Part shown: positions 62,603 through 64,000 of the stretch, piece by piece | Numbering within the stretch: position 1 is the first letter of the stretch | How the letters are laid out: every line of letters begins with the position of its first letter | NCBI GenBank assembly: GCA_002269645.1 | Contig: NIVC01001945.1 | Span: forward strand, 62,001 to 126,000 | Direction of reading: 5' to 3' | DNA: 64,000 bases | DNA from: Macrostomum lignano | Lineage: Eukaryota | Made by a program: the position numbers and the translations under genes | Notes under the pieces: model-generated | Told to the model about the DNA's origin: nothing | Databases searched by the model: none | What the model saw: the letters and a program-made list of their open reading frames with translations, nothing else

Positions 62603-63336
62603 ACAATTCAATGTACATTTTGCAATATTAAAATCTATTTATTGTACATAATTTGCATTGTAATACTGCTGTATTTATCAGAATCTATTTGCTGTATATA
62701 ATTCAATGTACATAAAACATTTTTGCATTGCGTGTGGCGAAATTGCCAATGTAAAAATCTATTGTACATATTTTGCATGTCAAACCTGTTTAAAATCATT
62801 TATGAAGAGAAAAATATTGAAAAACAATGTAAAATTTTCTGTATATTCTATTTGCTGGTGATGCTGTACATGTCTCGATTCCTGTAATATGCTACTGATT
62901 AAATGTAAATATATCTTCATTGTAAATACTTATACATGATGTGCGCTACACTGTTAGTTGACTCATTTGGTAGTAGATGAGATTAGTAATTCTCACCTCT
63001 GTGTACATGTAGTATTGTACATGTAATGTTGGTGCGCGCGCGCTGGGGATGACACTGTAGATTAATGTAAGTGTACATATAGAATTGGGGATAGACAATT
63101 TGAGATAGGGATTAATGTACATGGAATTAATGTACAATTTGAGATATATAGGGATTAATGTACATGGAATTAATGTACATATATGAGCACATGGATTATT
63201 ACGACTACATATTGCCATATCACGCTTAGGATAGCGTTTTTGTATACTACTTACTTCATTTTCAGATAGTAGTATAATTTGCGTTTTTTGCGTCAAATCT
63301 GCCTAAAAATCAACACTTATCTGCGCATTACGTAGT
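62603..63336 (-). repeat. Right terminal inverted repeat of the Polinton
   Basis: Mirror of 48215-48955. Confidence 0.92.
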
Positions 63337-64000
63337 GCGGAGATATGAAGATATCTTTTTTTAATCACATAATCAAATGATTGCATTTGATCTGGGCAGT
63401 GTTATATTTTATATAGATGTGTAGTGAAAAGTTCATATTCATATTCATTGATATTTCATAACATGCTGTGCATGCCAAATTTAAAGATGGTTAATCATCA
63501 CTGCCCCAGATCAAGTGCGATCATTGATTTTTTTCCTATCTCAGCAGTGTATTTTTTCAGGAAATTTGCCTCCAAATAATACGATTTTTAAGTTTTACCT
63601 TTTGTTATACCATAGTGATGTCTGAGAGTAGTGTATGTAGCTCGCATTACAATTGAAAATTTTTCCTAGGCTTCCTTAGTTTCTGTGTTCCGCACCAACT
63701 AGTAGTCAGTAAGGGATCTGAGTACATGGCCCACGAGGGGCGAACTCACATTAGGTAAATGTGCCACCAGCCTTTTTACTACAGACAGAGAGGCTGTGTG
63801 CACCCTGGCGCACTTAAATCGACCTTGTGACACAACCGGCGAGAGGCATTACTGCATGCCCATTTTGGCAAACGGCAACTTAAACCGAGGGACTCTGTGA
63901 CATCCGCCAGCTTTTCGTTTTTCGAGGAGGCTCTTCCCCCTCCTTTTCGTTCTGGCCTGGCGTGGAAGCGGCTAGCTTCCTCGTCTTGGTCTGCTGGTGG

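Larger units (their letters stand above)
48215..63336 (+). mobile_element. Polinton/Maverick-type element, complete with both TIRs and TSD, encoding only pPolB
   Basis: 6-bp TSD GCGGAG at 48209-48214 and 63337-63342; termini ACTACGTAATG...CATTACGTAGT; ~740-bp TIRs; internal protein-primed PolB gene. Confidence 0.92.

Noticed and set aside
48215-63336. Casposon, pipolin or linear mitochondrial plasmid
   Set aside because: No Cas1 or tyrosine recombinase; 6-bp TSD, long TIRs and spliceosomal introns fit a nuclear Polinton

Overview
Animal genomic DNA (spliced, GC-rich exons in repeat-rich introns; style resembles a free-living flatworm such as Macrostomum, which is inference only). Left to right: (1) the last two exons of a type I membrane protein gene, probably an ADAM paralog (79-706); (2) a 15-exon ADAM metalloprotease gene (2328-43646; signal peptide, prodomain, [12 protein letters not shown] active site, disintegrin, Cys-rich, EGF-like, TM) with an in-frame TAA at 39930; its 31-kb intron 4 is almost entirely seven non-autonomous Helitrons fused head-to-tail on the minus strand (4340-34595), each carrying expanded 18-bp and/or 23-bp satellite arrays and a tRNA-like Pol III cassette; (3) a hAT-type MITE and a CORE-SINE; (4) a 3-exon GT31 (beta-1,3-glycosyltransferase-like) gene with degenerate catalytic motifs (45574-48133); (5) a complete 15.1-kb Polinton/Maverick-type element (48215-63336; ~740-bp TIRs, perfect 6-bp TSD GCGGAG) whose only recognisable gene is a six-exon protein-primed DNA polymerase B. 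Nested in it are a 5'-truncated LINE (RT + RNase H) fused in frame to polB exon 1 and a 2.2-kb probable solo LTR in the last polB intron. All gene models, splice sites and family assignments were read by eye without database searches.
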